In this document: positions 1 to 13,647 of the stretch, in pieces
Layout of the letters: each line of letters begins with the position of its first letter
Numbering within the stretch: position 1 is the first letter of the stretch
Assembly (NCBI GenBank): GCA_002104905.1
Contig: MCFE01000003.1
Coordinates: forward strand, 124,001-188,000
Direction of reading: 5' to 3'
DNA length: 64,000 bases
From: Basidiobolus meristosporus CBS 931.73
Lineage: Eukaryota; Fungi; Basidiobolomycota
The notes under the pieces: generated by a model
Seen by the model: the letters and a program-made list of their open reading frames with translations, nothing else
Told to the model about the DNA's origin: nothing
The model's database searches: none
Translations under genes and position numbers: made by a program

Positions 1-104
1 TTCCGTTGATTAGATTCTCACTTCTTCTACCAGTAGCATCTCTACAGAAATGACCATTTGTCTAAGGTACATTTCTTTGCAGCTGGGCATGATTAGTAGT
101 TGTC
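1..104 (-). mobile_element. Fragment of copia family B gag region (host of copia A1)
   Basis: By-eye similarity to the minus-strand copia-B gag segment at ~23925-24030; it ends where the copia-A LTR begins at 105. Confidence 0.55.
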
Positions 105-473
105 TGCTGAAATATTGCACTATTTGGTATCATTCAGCAGCTAAAAGCTTACTTAACAATTCTGGACTGGCCTTAGCCACTCTGGGACCAACCTACAGCC
201 CTAACATTTCCACTTTTGTTAGATCTATAATCCTATGATTATTCCCTTATAGCCAAGATCAAATTAGCACATTTGCCATACATTGTGTACTAACCTTAAA
301 ACTGTTACACAATGCTCCTGAGTGTTGCAAAGCTCTCCTTACTTAGCGTTATAGTTGTATTACTTCTACAAAGGCATGTATACTGAGCTTCTTTATAAAT
401 AAACAGCTGTGTAGCTATTATCAATATTTGTTGATAAGTTCTGTATATCCAAAACACTTCTTAAATTGCAACA
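105..473 (+). repeat. Copia-A 5' LTR (369 bp, TG...CA)
   Basis: Starts TGCTGAAATATTG and ends TTGCAACA; homologous to 17944-18312. Confidence 0.9.
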
Positions 474-485
474 GGTTTTGAGCCC
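474..485 (+). other. Primer-binding site, half-tRNAiMet type (GGTTTTGAGCCC)
   Basis: Lies directly after the LTR; one mismatch to GGTTATGAGCCC, the complement of the fungal initiator tRNA anticodon stem-loop. Confidence 0.75.
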
Positions 486-1380
486 TAATTGCTTTTTTAC
501 AAAAGTCCTCAACATAAGAAAGAGGCCATATGATGACATGCTTCAACTCATTACCAGAATTAAGACACTTGCAGTAGAACCATATAGTATCAATGCTGGT
601 GTAGAGGATGACAAAAAGATACTCTGTCTGCTTTGCAGCTTACCAGACAAGTATGAGCCGCTCATACCTTTTTTGAAAGCAGAGAAGGCAATCTGACTTT
701 GGACTATGTCAAAGGAAGTCTTCTCCATGAAGAACTCAGATGTAACAGTCAGGAAGCAAAAATTGATGATAATGCTTTATTCAGTGCAAAAAGGCACACA
801 GCAAAGAAGGGAAAGCAACAAAACCAAAGAAAATCTGGTTGTTGTAACTAGTGCAGGAAGCCGGGATACTAGGAAAGAGAATGCATGAAGAAACAAGCAG
901 AAAATAAAAAGAAACTAGAGCAGGCAAATCATGTAACTACTGATGTACAGCTATTTGTAACTGAACAACAAAGTGCAGGTAACTAAAGTAATAAATGGTA
1001 TATGGACTCTAGAGCATTACAGCATACCTACAGTATAAAGGAGTGGTTAAGAAACTCAAGGACTATATCTGTGAAAGGTTTATCTGGGAGACAACTCTTC
1101 AATGGAAGCTACTACCAGTGGGTCTTTACAGCTAACTGTGAGTGATATCTCATGGGCAACAACAGCATAATTGACTGAAATACTTGATGTACCTGGAGTA
1201 GCTAAGAACCTACTCTCAGTCTGTAGAGCAACTACTCAGGTGTTGAGAATTGTTTTTACTCAGCTGAGCTGCTCAATATTGAGTGAAAGTGGATAAAAAA
1301 TAGTTTGGGAATGCAAGATCACAATATACAAGTTACAATGCAAGATCATTGCACCTGAGAATGTCAACTTTGCTGCAACT

Positions 1381-2111
1381 TTGAATGTCTGTAAGGGTTT
1401 TTTATATGGCAAACAAGCTAGGCAACAGTTCAGGAGCTCAGGAGGCATTAACACCACCAAAATACTGCATATTGTGCACTCAGACATGTGTGGCCCCATG
1501 ACAACACTGTCCTTTGGAGCCAAGAGATATTTTATGACAATTATTGATGACAAGTCAAGTTATAGATGGGTGTACTTCCTCAAGACAAAGGATAAAGCTT
1601 TGGAGATGTTTAAGCACTTCAAGAACATGGCAGAAACACAAACTGGGTTTGAATTGAAGGTAATTTGCGGTGACAATGGAGGATAACACTGCTCAAAGGA
1701 GTTTGCAAAGTACTGCCCATCTGCTGGTGTACTTCAACAGATCACTGTTACACATACTCTGCAGCAAAATGGAGTGGCAGAATGTGCAAATGGAACAATA
1801 GTAGAGATGGAAAGATCTAAGCTATATGGTAAGGGTATAGACTACAGATTTTGGGCTGCATCTGTTGCACTGGAATATACATCAAGAATAGGTGCCCAAC
1901 AACAGCACTATGTGCTTCTACACCTTTTGAAGCTTATACAGGGAAAAAACCAAACCTTCAGCACCTCAGAATCTTTAGCTGTAATGTCTTTAATCATGTC
2001 CCTGACCAAAAACACTCAAAGTTGGAACCAGACGGTAGAAAAGAGATTTTTCTTGGGTATTGTGAGGATACTAAAGGGTATAGAGTGTATGATGGTAAGT
2101 TGAGAAGGTGA
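1381..2111 (+). pseudogene. Copia integrase remnant
   Basis: HSDMCGP...YFMTIIDD...DNGG core and KLEP...FLGY C-terminal motif; broken by stops and frameshifts. Confidence 0.85.
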
Positions 2112-2207
2112 TCAAGAGCAGGGACCTTGTACTTGAAGAAAACTCAGATCAGAGAGCCACTGCAATAATTGGTTGGCTGTCTGATTATGCAATCAATACT
2201 AATGAAG

Positions 2208-2576
2208 TGTTATCATCTGCCGCTTGAATGTTTAAGTTAGATCAGTTTTTAGTCAAAATCTATTAGTATATATTTAGGTTATCAGTATATCAGTATTATC
2301 TATGAAATCAGTAGCATTAGTCAGCAAATGAATCAGCAGATCCTTATCAGACAGAAATAGATGTATTAAGTAGGATCTTATTGGGTGATGTTGATGCAAT
2401 CAAATGAGTCATCAGCCACAACCTACATTAGGAAATACAATTAGTCAGCAAATGATCTGACAAAATGTATATAAGGAGCTGCTGGAACCTCAATAAAAAT
2501 CAGTTCAAGTTTTAGTGAATACAATACTGGCTAAACTCCCTATTCCTCTACAACTCTTATACCAAGACTTGTAACA
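2208..2576 (+). repeat. Gypsy G1 5' LTR
   Basis: TGTTATCATC...GACTTGTAACA; contains TATATAA and AATAAA. Confidence 0.95.
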
Positions 2577-2634
2577 TTGATAGCAGCAATAACCAGAAAC
2601 CTCCCTCCTGAAGAAAGGAGAAACCACCCTCAAG

Positions 2635-5600
2635 ATGTTGGACAATCAAGAATGGAAGAATGCCATGCAGCAAATCCTGGCCCAACAGCAACAGTTACTC
2701 CAGATCCTCAGCCAACAGCAACAAGGAGTGACTACCATGGCTCAGAGCCAGCAAAGCCCTGTCAAGAGCAACTTCAGTGTGAAGGTCAACCAGTACCATG
2801 GCAGAGTCAATGAAAACCTAGGAACTTGGCTCTTTCAGATTGAAGAAGCTTTTAAAGCTAAAGGAATTGCTCCAGAGAGCAAGTTGCATTATGCAGCTTC
2901 TTACCTGGCGGATGCAGCTTTACAGTGGTACCACAACAAGATCAGGTCAGCTACTATGATGGATGCTCTACAATCTCTACCTGGGATGAGTTTGTGTCAG
3001 AAATTCAGTATGCTTTTGAACCTCCACACCAGCAGACACTACTAAGAAGGAAGTAAAAGACTCTTAGACAGAAAGGAATGGTTCAAGAATATATCTATGA
3101 GTACAGATGTCTGCTTGGACAAATTGAAAGAATGGACCCCTTGGATCAAGTTGAATACTTTATTGATGGGTTGAAAGAAAGAACCCGCAAGGAAGTGAGT
3201 TACCAAAGACCTCAGACTATTGAAGAAGCCATCAAGATTGCCATTGACTATGACTCAGCTATGTTTGGAGTTGGGAAGCCTACAGTGACTAATCAGAAAG
3301 GCTATAATCATTATAAAAGAAGACAATCAGAAGCAGTACCAATGGAAATAGACGCTATGCAGAAGAATCCCTCCTCAGAAGAATGCAAGAAGAGAGGACT
3401 TTGCTTCAATTGCCACCAGCAGGGACATATTGCAAAGTACTGCCCTCAGAGAAGAAATGGACACCAGCCAACAAGAACCTTCAACCATATTGAGTCCCAT
3501 GAACGCAGTAATGTGGAAGATGAGCTTGAAGAAGACTTGGAACTCACCTTCCATATGACAGAAGAGTACTTGTCTCAAATGATTTCAAACTCAGGGAAGT
3601 TATTGTACTTGAATGGAGTAATCAATGGAGTACCTGCCAAGATCATGATTGACTCAGGAGCATTGCATGAGTACATGTCAGAGCAATTTGCTTTGAAAGC
3701 TGGAATCAACTTGGAACCTACCAAATCAACTTTAGTCTCCACAGCTGATGGGAACTCCCACATAATCAACCGTATTACCCAGCCAGTAAGAATGAGGATC
3801 AATGACTATGAAGAAGCCCTACAGGCTTATATATTTGGGAACTGCAAGTTTGACCTTGTACTTGGAAAAACCTGGCTATGTTGTTGTAATCCATCAATCA
3901 ACTGGAGAACCCATGCTACTCAGATCCAAAAAGACAACAAGACCTATGAGCTATTACCTGCCAGGCTGGATTTTAACTTGGTCAATTCCAGTATGTGTGA
4001 GACAAGTGAACTTAGCAAGACCCAGTTCTGTAGAGTGCTTAGAAAAGGTACTCAGATGTTCCTCATGGCAGTTTTACAGGAGGATTCCTCTACCCCAGCA
4101 CCCCAGCAGGTCCAGACTCTCTTGAAGAAATATTCAGACGTGTTTCCAGGTGAGCTTGTAAGCCTACTACCAGTCAGAGACGTGGATCATGCCATTGACA
4201 CAGGAGATAGCCCTCCAGTGAGCAAGACACCATACAGAATGAGTCCATTGGAATTGGAGGAAATGAAGAGACAAATTGATCAGCTATTGGAGCAAGGATA
4301 CATCAGGCCCAGCAAGTCACCCTGGGGAGCACCAGTGCTTTTTGTGAAAAAGAAGGATAGAACACTTAGGATGTGCATTGACTACAGAGACCTGAACTCA
4401 GTTACCGTCAAGAATAAGTACCCCATACCTTGGATCAATGAGCTTTTGGACCAACTTAATGGAGCCACTATTTTCAGCAAGATTGACCTCATGTCAGGAT
4501 ACAACCAAATTAGGGTGAAACCAGAAGATATTCCTAAGATAGCATTTAGGACCAGATATGGACATTATGAGTACTTGGTCATGAGTTTTGTTCTCACCAA
4601 TGCCCCTGCAACTTTCATGACCCTGATGCAGACTGCCTTCCAGGAGTACTTAGACAAGTTTGTCATAATCTACCTAGATGATATACTGATATACAGCAAG
4701 ACAGAAGAGGATCACTTGGTGCACATTGAAAAGGCCTTGAAGAAGCTAAGAGAGAACAAGCTTTATGGCAAGCTACCCAAGTGTGAATTCTTCAAGGAAC
4801 ATATAGAATATCTGGGACACATAGTGACTAGCACAGGAGTAACCTTAGACCCCAAGAAGGTGGATGTAATCAAGAATTTGAAGCAGCCCCATAGCATATC
4901 AGAACTCAGATCCTTCCTTGGAATGGTTTCCTATTATCGGAGATTTGTCAAGTCATTTGCAAATATTGCAGCCCCTTTAACTGACATCCTCAAGAAGGAC
5001 AATACCTACAAGTGGGACATAGCTTGTGAGACTGCCTTCCAGACGCTCAAGAATGAGCTTGCTAAGCTGCCAATCTTAAGAATACCAGACCTCAGAAAAG
5101 AGTTCACTCTGTGCACAGATGCTTCAGATTATGCAATTGGTGGAGTGCAGAGCCAAGAACACAAGGGAAAGGACTACCCTGTTGCCATTGAATCCAAGAA
5201 ACTGAACTCAGCAGAACAAAACCATCCAGTCCTTGAGTAGGAGATGCTTACTATAATACACTGTTTGAAGACATTGAGATGCTATATTGAAGGAGTCAAA
5301 TGCACTGTAAGGACTGATCATGCCTCCCTCAAGTATATGTTTACTTGGAAGGTACTCTCTAGAAGAATGACAAGATGGAGTGAATACATTCAGCAATTTG
5401 ACCTGGAGATTGTCTACTGCCCTGGAAAAAACAACATGGTTGCTGACGCCTTATCAAGATTAGATCAAGTTGCACAACTCAACTTGGTGCATGAATCAGA
5501 TTGGCCTAGCCTATTACCAAAGTACTTGGAGGACCAAGCCATTCCTAATGAGGTGGATGAAGATATCAAGAAGATAATCCGTGATGAAGCCAGCAAATTT

Positions 5601-6730
5601 GTAGTACAGGATGAAAACTCTACCAAATTGTTGATGAAAGCCCTATTGCCTATTGCCCTTATGTTTCTTGCCTGGATTTAATACATAAGCTACACAATGG
5701 ATATGGACATCTTGGGATTGAAGGAACCTATAGCCTTGTGAAAGCCAGAGAATGGTAGCCCAGAATGAAACAAGACATTAAGAAGCTAGTAAAACATGCC
5801 CAAACTGCCAAATCAATCAAGGCCAGCCACAAAGAATTGCCAAACTCTTCACTTTGGAGCCTGTAAGACCATTTGAGAGATGGGGAATTGACTTTATTGG
5901 AAGACTGCAAACCACTAGGAAATGCACCCGTTGGATCCTAGTAGCAATTGACCATGCCACTAAATGGCAGTTGCTAAAGCTGTGCCAATAGCCAGTGAAC
6001 AAGAAGTTACAAGTTTCATTTACCATGAGATCCTGATGAAGTTTGGATGCCCTGTGGAGATCTTATCTGATAGAGGAGCAAACTTTAGGGCAAAGACATT
6101 AGAGGCTTACCTGGAAATGCAGCAGATCAGACACTTGAAAACCTCGGCATATCACCCCAGAACTAATGGAGTCACTGAGCGGTTTAATGGATTATTTGGA
6201 AAAATGCTGACCAAGTATGCAAATGGAGTTGTCAGTAGATGGGATGAGTACATAGACCAAGCACTCTTTGAATGCAGAGTCAGAGTACACAACACCCCCC
6301 AGCAATCACCATTTTACTTAGTGTACAGATGTGAACCAAGGATTCCAGGAGATCTCACACAACCCAAGCTTACAGATGCCTTAGAAGATGAACTTAGTCA
6401 GCCAAGTAGACACCAGCAACTGGGACAAAGACGTCAAGCGGCACAGACCAAAGTATCTCAAAGTGCAGAAAAGATGAAGCAGAGATTTGATAAGACTATA
6501 GCACCAGAAGCATTGACAGTCGGGAACTTTGTATTGCTAAGAAACAATGCTTGGTAGAAGTTTGAGCCACAATGGACAGGACCATTCAAGATCATCAGAG
6601 AATGTCCATTTGCAACTTACCAACTGGTGGACAAACAAGGCAATATCTGGGAAGACTTAGTGCATAGGGACAGACTCAAGCTTGCAAGACTTGCTGATAA
6701 TACTGCACCGTCAAGATATTGGTATCAAAG
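2635..6730 (+). pseudogene. Gypsy G1 gag-pol, disrupted
   Basis: Gag, CCHC knuckle CFNCHQQGHIAKYC, protease DSGA, RT YLDD, RNase H TDAS, integrase and GPF motif; split by frameshifts (~2960, ~5630) and stops (5240, 6557). Confidence 0.92.
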
Positions 6731-6773
6731 AAAAGAGATTCAGGAGAACCCTCTCAACTTTAGTAGGGGAGAA

Positions 6774-7142
6774 TGTTATGATCTGCCGCTTGAATGTTTA
6801 AGTTAGATCAGTTTTTAGTCAAAATCAATTAGTATATGTTCAGGTTATAAGTATATCAGTATTATCTATGATATCAGTAGCATTAGTCAGCAAATGAATC
6901 AGCAGATCCTTATCAGACAGAAATAGATATATTAAGTAGGATCTTATTGGGTGATGTTGATGCAATCAAATGAGTCATCAGCCACAACCTACATTAGGAA
7001 ATACAATTAGTCAGCAATTGATCTGGCAAAATGTATATAAGGAGCTGCTGGAACCTCAATAAAAATCAGTTCAAGTTTTGGTGAATACAATACTAGCTAA
7101 ACTCCCTATTCCTCTACAACTCTTATACCAAGACTTGTAACA
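6774..7142 (+). repeat. Gypsy G1 3' LTR
   Basis: Direct repeat of 2208-2576, preceded by a PPT. Confidence 0.95.
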
Positions 7143-7532
7143 AAGAAGTTACATACATAATTCAGCTAGATATGTAAACTGACTCTATTATTCCAGATAA
7201 GAGCAGATTATCCCAGTTAGGAGTTCTACCAGAATAAGAAATGCCTTTGGATCCTGGTTGTAGACATCAATGATCATGAAGAGGCTTATTTTTCATTATG
7301 TTTCATACCTCAGATTCTGGATCAGGCAATATTAAGTCCATATGCTACTATGTGGCAACAAGCCATGTAGGTGGAGTACCAATTACTGACCATGGCAAAA
7401 ATATGGGAACTGGTTGATTTGCCAAATGGGACAAAGCAAATAGGATGTAGATGCATCTAAAAGCTCAAGATACCCTTAGATGATACCATTGACAAGACAA
7501 GGCTAGATTTGTGGCTAAAGGCAATTCTAATA

Positions 7533-7901
7533 TGTTATGATCTACCGCTTGAATGTTTAAGTTAGATCAGTTTTTAGTTAAATCAGTTAGTTGTATCTTT
7601 AACCTATCAGTACATCAATGTTATCTTTCAAATCAGTTGTATTAGTCAGCAGATGAATTAGCAGATCCTTATCAGACAGAAATGGTTGTATTAAGTAGGA
7701 TCTAATTGGGTGATGATGACTCAATCAAATGAGTCATCAGCCACAGCCTACATTAGGAAATACAATTAGTCAGCAAATGATCTGACAAAATGTATATAAG
7801 GAGCTGCTGGAACCTCAATAAAAATCAGTTCAAGTTTTAGTGTATACAATATTAGCTAAACTCCCTGTTCCTCTACAACTCTTATACCAAGACTTGTAAC
7901 A
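7533..7901 (+). repeat. Gypsy G2 5' LTR
   Basis: 369 bp, TG...CA, followed by TTGATAGCAG. Confidence 0.92.
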
Positions 7902-9190
7902 TTGATAGCAGCAATAATCAGAAACTTCCCTCCTGAAGAAAGAAGAAACCACTCTCAAGATGTCGGACAATCAAGAATGGAAGAATGCCATGCAGCAAAT
8001 CCTGGCCCATTAGCAACAGTTACTTCAGATCCTCAGCCAACAGCAACAAGGAATGACTACCATTGCTCAGAGCTAGCAAAGCCCTGTCAAGAGCAACTTT
8101 AGTGTGAAGGTCAACCGGTACCATGGCAGAGTCAATGAAAACCTGGGAACTTGGCTATTTCAGATTGACAAAGCTTTTAAGGCTAAAGGAATTGCTCCAG
8201 AAAGCAAGTTGCATTATGCAGCTTCTTACCTGGCAGATGCAGCTTTACAGTGGTACCACAACCAGATCAGATCAGCCACTATGATGGGATGCTCTACTAT
8301 CTCTACCTGGGATGAGTTTGTGTTAGTAATTCAGGATGCTTTTGAACCTCCACACCAGCAGACACTACTAAGAAGGAAGTTAAAGACACTCAAATGGAAA
8401 GGAATGGTTCAAGAATATATCTATGAGTACAGATGTCTGCTTGGACAAATTGAAAGAATGGACCCCCTGGATCAAGTTGAATAATTTATTGATGGGTTGA
8501 AAGAAAGAACTCGCACGGAAGTAAGTTATTGCAGACCTCAGACTAATGAAGAAGCCATCAAGATTGCCATTGACTATGACTCAGCTATGTTTGGAGTTGG
8601 GAAGCCCACAATGACTAATCAGAAAGGCTATAATCATTATGAAAGAAGACAGTCAGAAGCAGTACCAATGGAAATAGATGCTATGCAGAAGAACCCCACC
8701 TCAGAAGAATGCAGGAAGAAAGGACTTTGTTTCAATTGCCACCAGCAAGGACACATCTCAAAGTACTGCCCCCAGAGAAGCAATGGTCACCAGCCAACAA
8801 GAACCTTCAGCCATATTGAGTCCCATGAACACAGTAATGTGGAGGATGAGCTTGAAGAAGACTTGGAACTCACCTTTCATATGACAGAAGAGTACTTGTC
8901 CCAGATGACCTCAAGCTCCGGGAAGTTATTGTACTTGAATGGAGTAATCAGTGGTGAACCTGCCAAAATCATGATTGATGCAGGAGCATCACATGATAAC
9001 ATGTCAGAGCAATTTGCCATGAAAGCTGGAACCAACTTGGAACCTACCAAATCAACTTTAGTCTCCACAGCTGATGGGAACTCTCACATAATCAACCGTA
9101 TTACCCAGCCAGTAAGAATGAGGATCAATGACTATGAAAAAGTCCTACAGACTTATATATTTGGGAACTGCAAGCTTGACCTTGTACTTG

Positions 9191-9560
9191 TGTTACAAGT
9201 CTTGGTATAAGAGTTGTAGAGGAATAGGGAGTTTAGCTAGTATTGTATTCACTAAAACTTGAACTGATTTTTATTGAGGTTCCAGCAGCTTCTTATATAC
9301 ATTTTGCCAGATCAATTGCTGACTAATTGTATTTCCTAATGTAGGTTGTGGCTGATGACTCATTTGATTGCATCAACATCACCCAATAAGATCCTACTTA
9401 ATATATCTATTTCTGTCTGATAAGGATCTGCTGATTCATTTGCTGACTAATGCTACTGATATCATAGATAATACTGATATACTGATAACTTAAACATATA
9501 CTAATTGATTTGACTAAAAAAACTGATCTGACTTAAACATTCAAGCGGCAGATCATAACA
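9191..9560 (-). repeat. Solo gypsy LTR inserted antisense into G2, 4-bp TSD CTTG
   Basis: Reverse complement of the G1 LTR; CTTG on both sides; removing it restores GACCTTGTACTTGGAAAAACC as in G1. Confidence 0.95.
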
Positions 9561-10168
9561 CTTGGAAAAACCTGGCTATTTTGTTGTAATCCATCAATCA
9601 ACTGGAGAACCCATGCTCCTCAGATCCAAAAAGACAACAAGACCTATGAGCTAATACCTGCTAGGCAGAATTTTAACCTGGTCAACTTCAGTATATGTGA
9701 GACAAATGACCTTAGCAAGACCCAGTTCTGTAGAGCACTTGGAAAAGGTACCCAGATGTTCCTCATGGCAGTATTACCGGAGGATTCCTCTACCCCAGCA
9801 CCCCAGCAGGTCCAGACTCTCTTGAAGAAATATTCAGACATGTATCCAGATGAGCTTGTAAGCCTACCACCAGTCAGAGATGTGGATCATGCCATTGACA
9901 CAGGAGATAGCCCTCCAGTGAGAAAGACACCTCCAGAATGAGTCCATTTGAATTGGAGGAAATGAAGAGACAAATTGATCAGCTATTGGAGCAAGGATAC
10001 ATCAGACCCAGCAAGTCACCTTGGGGAGCACTAGTGCTTTTTGTGATGAAGAAGGATGGAACACTTAGGATGTGCATTGACTACAGAGCCCTGAACTCAG
10101 TTACCGTCAAGAATAAGTACCCCATACCTTGGATTGATGAGCTTTTGGGCTAACTCAATGGAGCCACC

Positions 10169-12004
10169 ATGTTCAGCAAGGTTGACCTCATGTCAGGATA
10201 CAACCAGATTAGGGTGAAACCAGAAGACATCCCTAAGACAGCATTCAGGACCAGATATGGACATTACAAGTACTTAATCATGAGTTTTGGCCTTACCAAT
10301 GCCCCTGCAACTTTCATGACCCTGATGCAGACTGTCTTCCAGGAGTACTTAGACAAGTGTGTGACAATCTACCTAGATGACATATTGATATACAGCAAGA
10401 CAGAAGAGGATCACTTGGTACACATTGAAAAGATCTTGAAGAAGCTAAGAGAGAACAAGCTATATGGAAAGCTAGCCAAGTGTGAATTCTTCAAGGAATA
10501 TGTTGAATATCTGGGACACATAGTGACTAGCACAGGAGTAACCTTAGGCCCTAAGAAGGTTGAAGTTATCAAGAACCTGAGGCAGCCCCATAGCATATCA
10601 GAACTCAGTACATTCATTGGAATGGTTTCCTATTATTGGAGATTTGTCAGGTCCATTGCAAGTATTGCAGCCCCTTTAACTGACATCCTTAAGAAAGACA
10701 TCACCTATAAGTGGGACATAGCTTGTGTGACTGCCTTTCCAACGCTCAAGAATGAGCTTGCTAAACTACCAAGCTTAAGAATACCTGACTTCAGAAAAGA
10801 GTTTACTCTGAGCATGGATGCTTCAGATTATGCAATTAGTGGAGTGTTGAGTCAAGAACACAAGGGAACGGACTACCCTGTTGCCTTTGAATCCAAGAAA
10901 CTGAACTCAGCAGAACAAAACTATCCAGTCCATGAGAAGGAGATGCTTGCTATAATACACTTTTTGAAGACATGGAGATGCTATATTGAAGAAGTCAAAT
11001 GCACTGTGAAGACTGATCATGCCTCCCTCAAGTATATATTTACTCAGAAGGTACTCTCTAGAAGAATGACAAGATGGAGTAAATACATTCAGCAATTTGA
11101 CTTGGAGATTGTCTACTGCCCTGGAAAAAACAACACGGTTGCTGATGCCTTATCAAGATTAGATCAAGTTGCACAACTCAACTTGGTGCATGAATCAGAT
11201 TGGCCTAGCCTATTACCAAAGTACTTGGAGGACCAAGCCATTCCTAATGAGGTGGATGAAGATATCAAGAAGATAATCTGGGATGAAGCCAGCAAATCTG
11301 TAGTACAGGATGAAACACTCTACCAAATTGTTGATGGAAGCCATACTGTGTATTGCCCTTATGTTTCTTGCCTGGATTTAATACATAAGCTACACAATGG
11401 ATATGGACATCTTGGAATTGAAGGAACCTATAGTCTTGTGAAAGCCAGAGCATGGTTGCCTGGAATGAAACAAGACATTGAAAAGCTAGTGAAAACATGC
11501 CCAAATTGCCAAATCAACCAAGGCCAACCACAGAGAATTGCCAAACTCTTTCCCTTGGATCCAGTAAGTCCACTTGAAAGATGGGGAGTTGACTCTATTG
11601 GAAGACTGCCAACTACCAGAAAATGCAACCGTTGGTTCCTAGTAGCAATTGACCATGCTACAGAATGGCCAGTGGCTAAAGCTGTACCTATAGCCAATGA
11701 ACAAGAACTTGCAATTTTCATCTACCATGAGATCCTTATAAAGTTTGGATGCCCTGCAGAGATTCTATCCAACAGAGGTGCAAACTTTATGGCAAAGACA
11801 TTGGAGGTTTATCTGGAAATGCAGCAGATCATACACTTGAAAACCTTGGCATATCACCCCAGAACTAATGGAGTCACTGAGCGGTTTAATGGTCTATTTG
11901 GAAAAATTCTGACCAAGTATGCAAATGGAGCTGTCAGTAGATGGGTTGAGTATATAGATCAAGCACTTTTTGCCTGCAGAGTTAGAGTGCACAACACTAC
12001 TTAA
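10169..12004 (+). pseudogene. Gypsy G2 pol remnant (RT-RNase H-integrase, 611 aa open stretch)
   Basis: YLDD, DAS, zinc-finger H-H-C-C and integrase core; upstream part frameshifted and C-terminus truncated. Confidence 0.9.
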
Positions 12005-12274
12005 CAATGCCCATTTTACTTGGGAACTTTGTATTGCTTAGAAACAACACTTGGAAGAAGTTTGAGCCACAATGGACAGGACCATTCAAGATCATCAGAG
12101 AATGCCCATTTGCAACTTACCAACTAGTGGATAAACAAGGGAATATCTGGGAAGCCTAAGTGCATGGGGACAGACTCAAGCTTGCCAGACTTGCTGACAT
12201 TACTGAACCATCAAGATATTGGTATCACAAGAAAAGAGACTAAGGAGAACCCTCTCAACTTTAGTGGGGGAGAA

Positions 12275-12643
12275 TATTATGATATACTGCTTGAATGTGT
12301 AAGTTAGATCAGCTTTTAGTTAAATCAATTAGTTTTATCTTTAATCTATCAGTACATTAGTGTTATCTTTCAAATCATTAGTATTAGTCAGCAGATGAAG
12401 TAGCAGATCCTTATCAGACAGAAATAGTTATATTAAGTAGGATCTAATTGGGTAATGATGACGCAATCAAATGAGTCATCGGCCACAGCCTACATCTGGA
12501 AATAAAATTAGTCAGCAATTGAACTGGCCAAATGTATATAAGGAGCTGCTGGAACCTCAATAAAAATCACTTCAAGTTTTAGTGAGCACAATACTAGCTA
12601 AACTCCCTATTCCTCTATAACTCTTATTCCAAGACATGTTACA
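12275..12643 (+). repeat. Gypsy G2 3' LTR
   Basis: 369 bp; begins TA instead of TG; follows PPT GGGGGAGAA. Confidence 0.88.
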
Positions 12644-13647
12644 AATGACCACAAACTAGACTTTAAGGAGAAATTTGCTCCAGTTGCCAAGTTTAACTCC
12701 ATCAGGACAGTTCCAGCCCTGGCAGTTGTACACAGTCTAGACATACCCAAAATGGACATTAATACAACCTTTCTTAATGGTCATTGGCAGGAAACTATAT
12801 ATATAAAGCAACCACTTGGTGTAACCAATCCAAAAAGCACCCATAGGGTGTGCAGACTTGGGGAATTACTGTATAGGCTTAAGTAGCCACCTAGAGCTTT
12901 GTATAAAAAGATTGACACATATATAGCAGAGATTGGGCTTATTGTAGCACTGCAGATCTCAATATGTATATGAAACAGCTCAAAAAGGGTCTGATCATCC
13001 TGGCTCTTTATGTGGACAACCTAATAATAGCTACAAATGACAAGGAGGCACTTAAACAGTAAAATCAGATTGTTTCAGCAAGGTTGAGACTAAAGATCTT
13101 GGAGAACTGAGCTATTTTCTTGCAAATGATGTAAAATTTGACATACCAACACAGAGAACTGTGCTGAATCAGTTGCAGTACATGAGCGACACTTCTAGAC
13201 GCTTTAAATGGAAGACTGCAAGCCTGCAGCTACCCCCATGGACATTAACCTGAAATTGAGCAAATCTCAGCCAGTTTTAGGTAAAAAAGGCTCAAATATG
13301 AACCAAAACATTCCATACCAATCAATTGTTTGTAGGCTGATGCACTTGATGGTGTCTACATGTCTGGAAATTGCAGCAGCAGTTGGAATAATTAGTTAAT
13401 TCATGCCAGATTATGGATGAAATAAAAAAATAACTTACAGCAGTGAAGCAGTTTTCTGATAACTACAAGGTACCACCAATATGGTATCCAAATTCCTTGG
13501 AGCAGCTAACAGGCAAAAGCTTGGTGGTTTTAAAGTTTCCGATTGGGGTAGGGATCTGATTGTTAGACACTCTACCACTCAGTACTTATTTCTTTCTGCT
13601 AGTACAGCTATTACTTGGAATTGCAAGAAAAAGCCAACTGTTGCCAT

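Larger units (their letters stand above)
2208..7142 (+). mobile_element. Ty3/gypsy element G1, full length, nested in copia A1
   Basis: Two 369-bp LTRs (about 11 differences by eye), PBS-like TGATAGCAG 2578-2586, PPT AGGGGAGAA 6765-6773, and gag-PR-RT-RH-IN order. No chromodomain seen. Confidence 0.95.
7533..12643 (+). mobile_element. Ty3/gypsy element G2 (same family as G1), nested in the RT region of copia A1
   Basis: LTRs 7533-7901 and 12275-12643; gag-pol remnants; flanks AATA/AATG restore the host frame if the TSD is 4 bp; integrase C-terminus has a deletion at ~12020. Confidence 0.92.
105..13647 (+). mobile_element. Ty1/copia element A1, decayed, interrupted by two gypsy elements, 3' end lost
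   Basis: 5' LTR 105-473, then PBS, gag/integrase remnants (474-2207), IN-RT linker (7143-7532) and RT/RNase H remnants (12644-~13647). With the gypsy inserts removed it is colinear with copia A2. Confidence 0.85.

Noticed and set aside
2478-2590. Tf1-style self-priming for the gypsy family (PBS AGCAGC versus LTR GCTGCT)
   Set aside because: Only ~6 bp of complementarity, located just after the TATA box and so probably upstream of the transcript start.
105-7142. Copia-A and gypsy LTRs are both 369 bp
   Set aside because: No sequence similarity between them; treated as coincidence.
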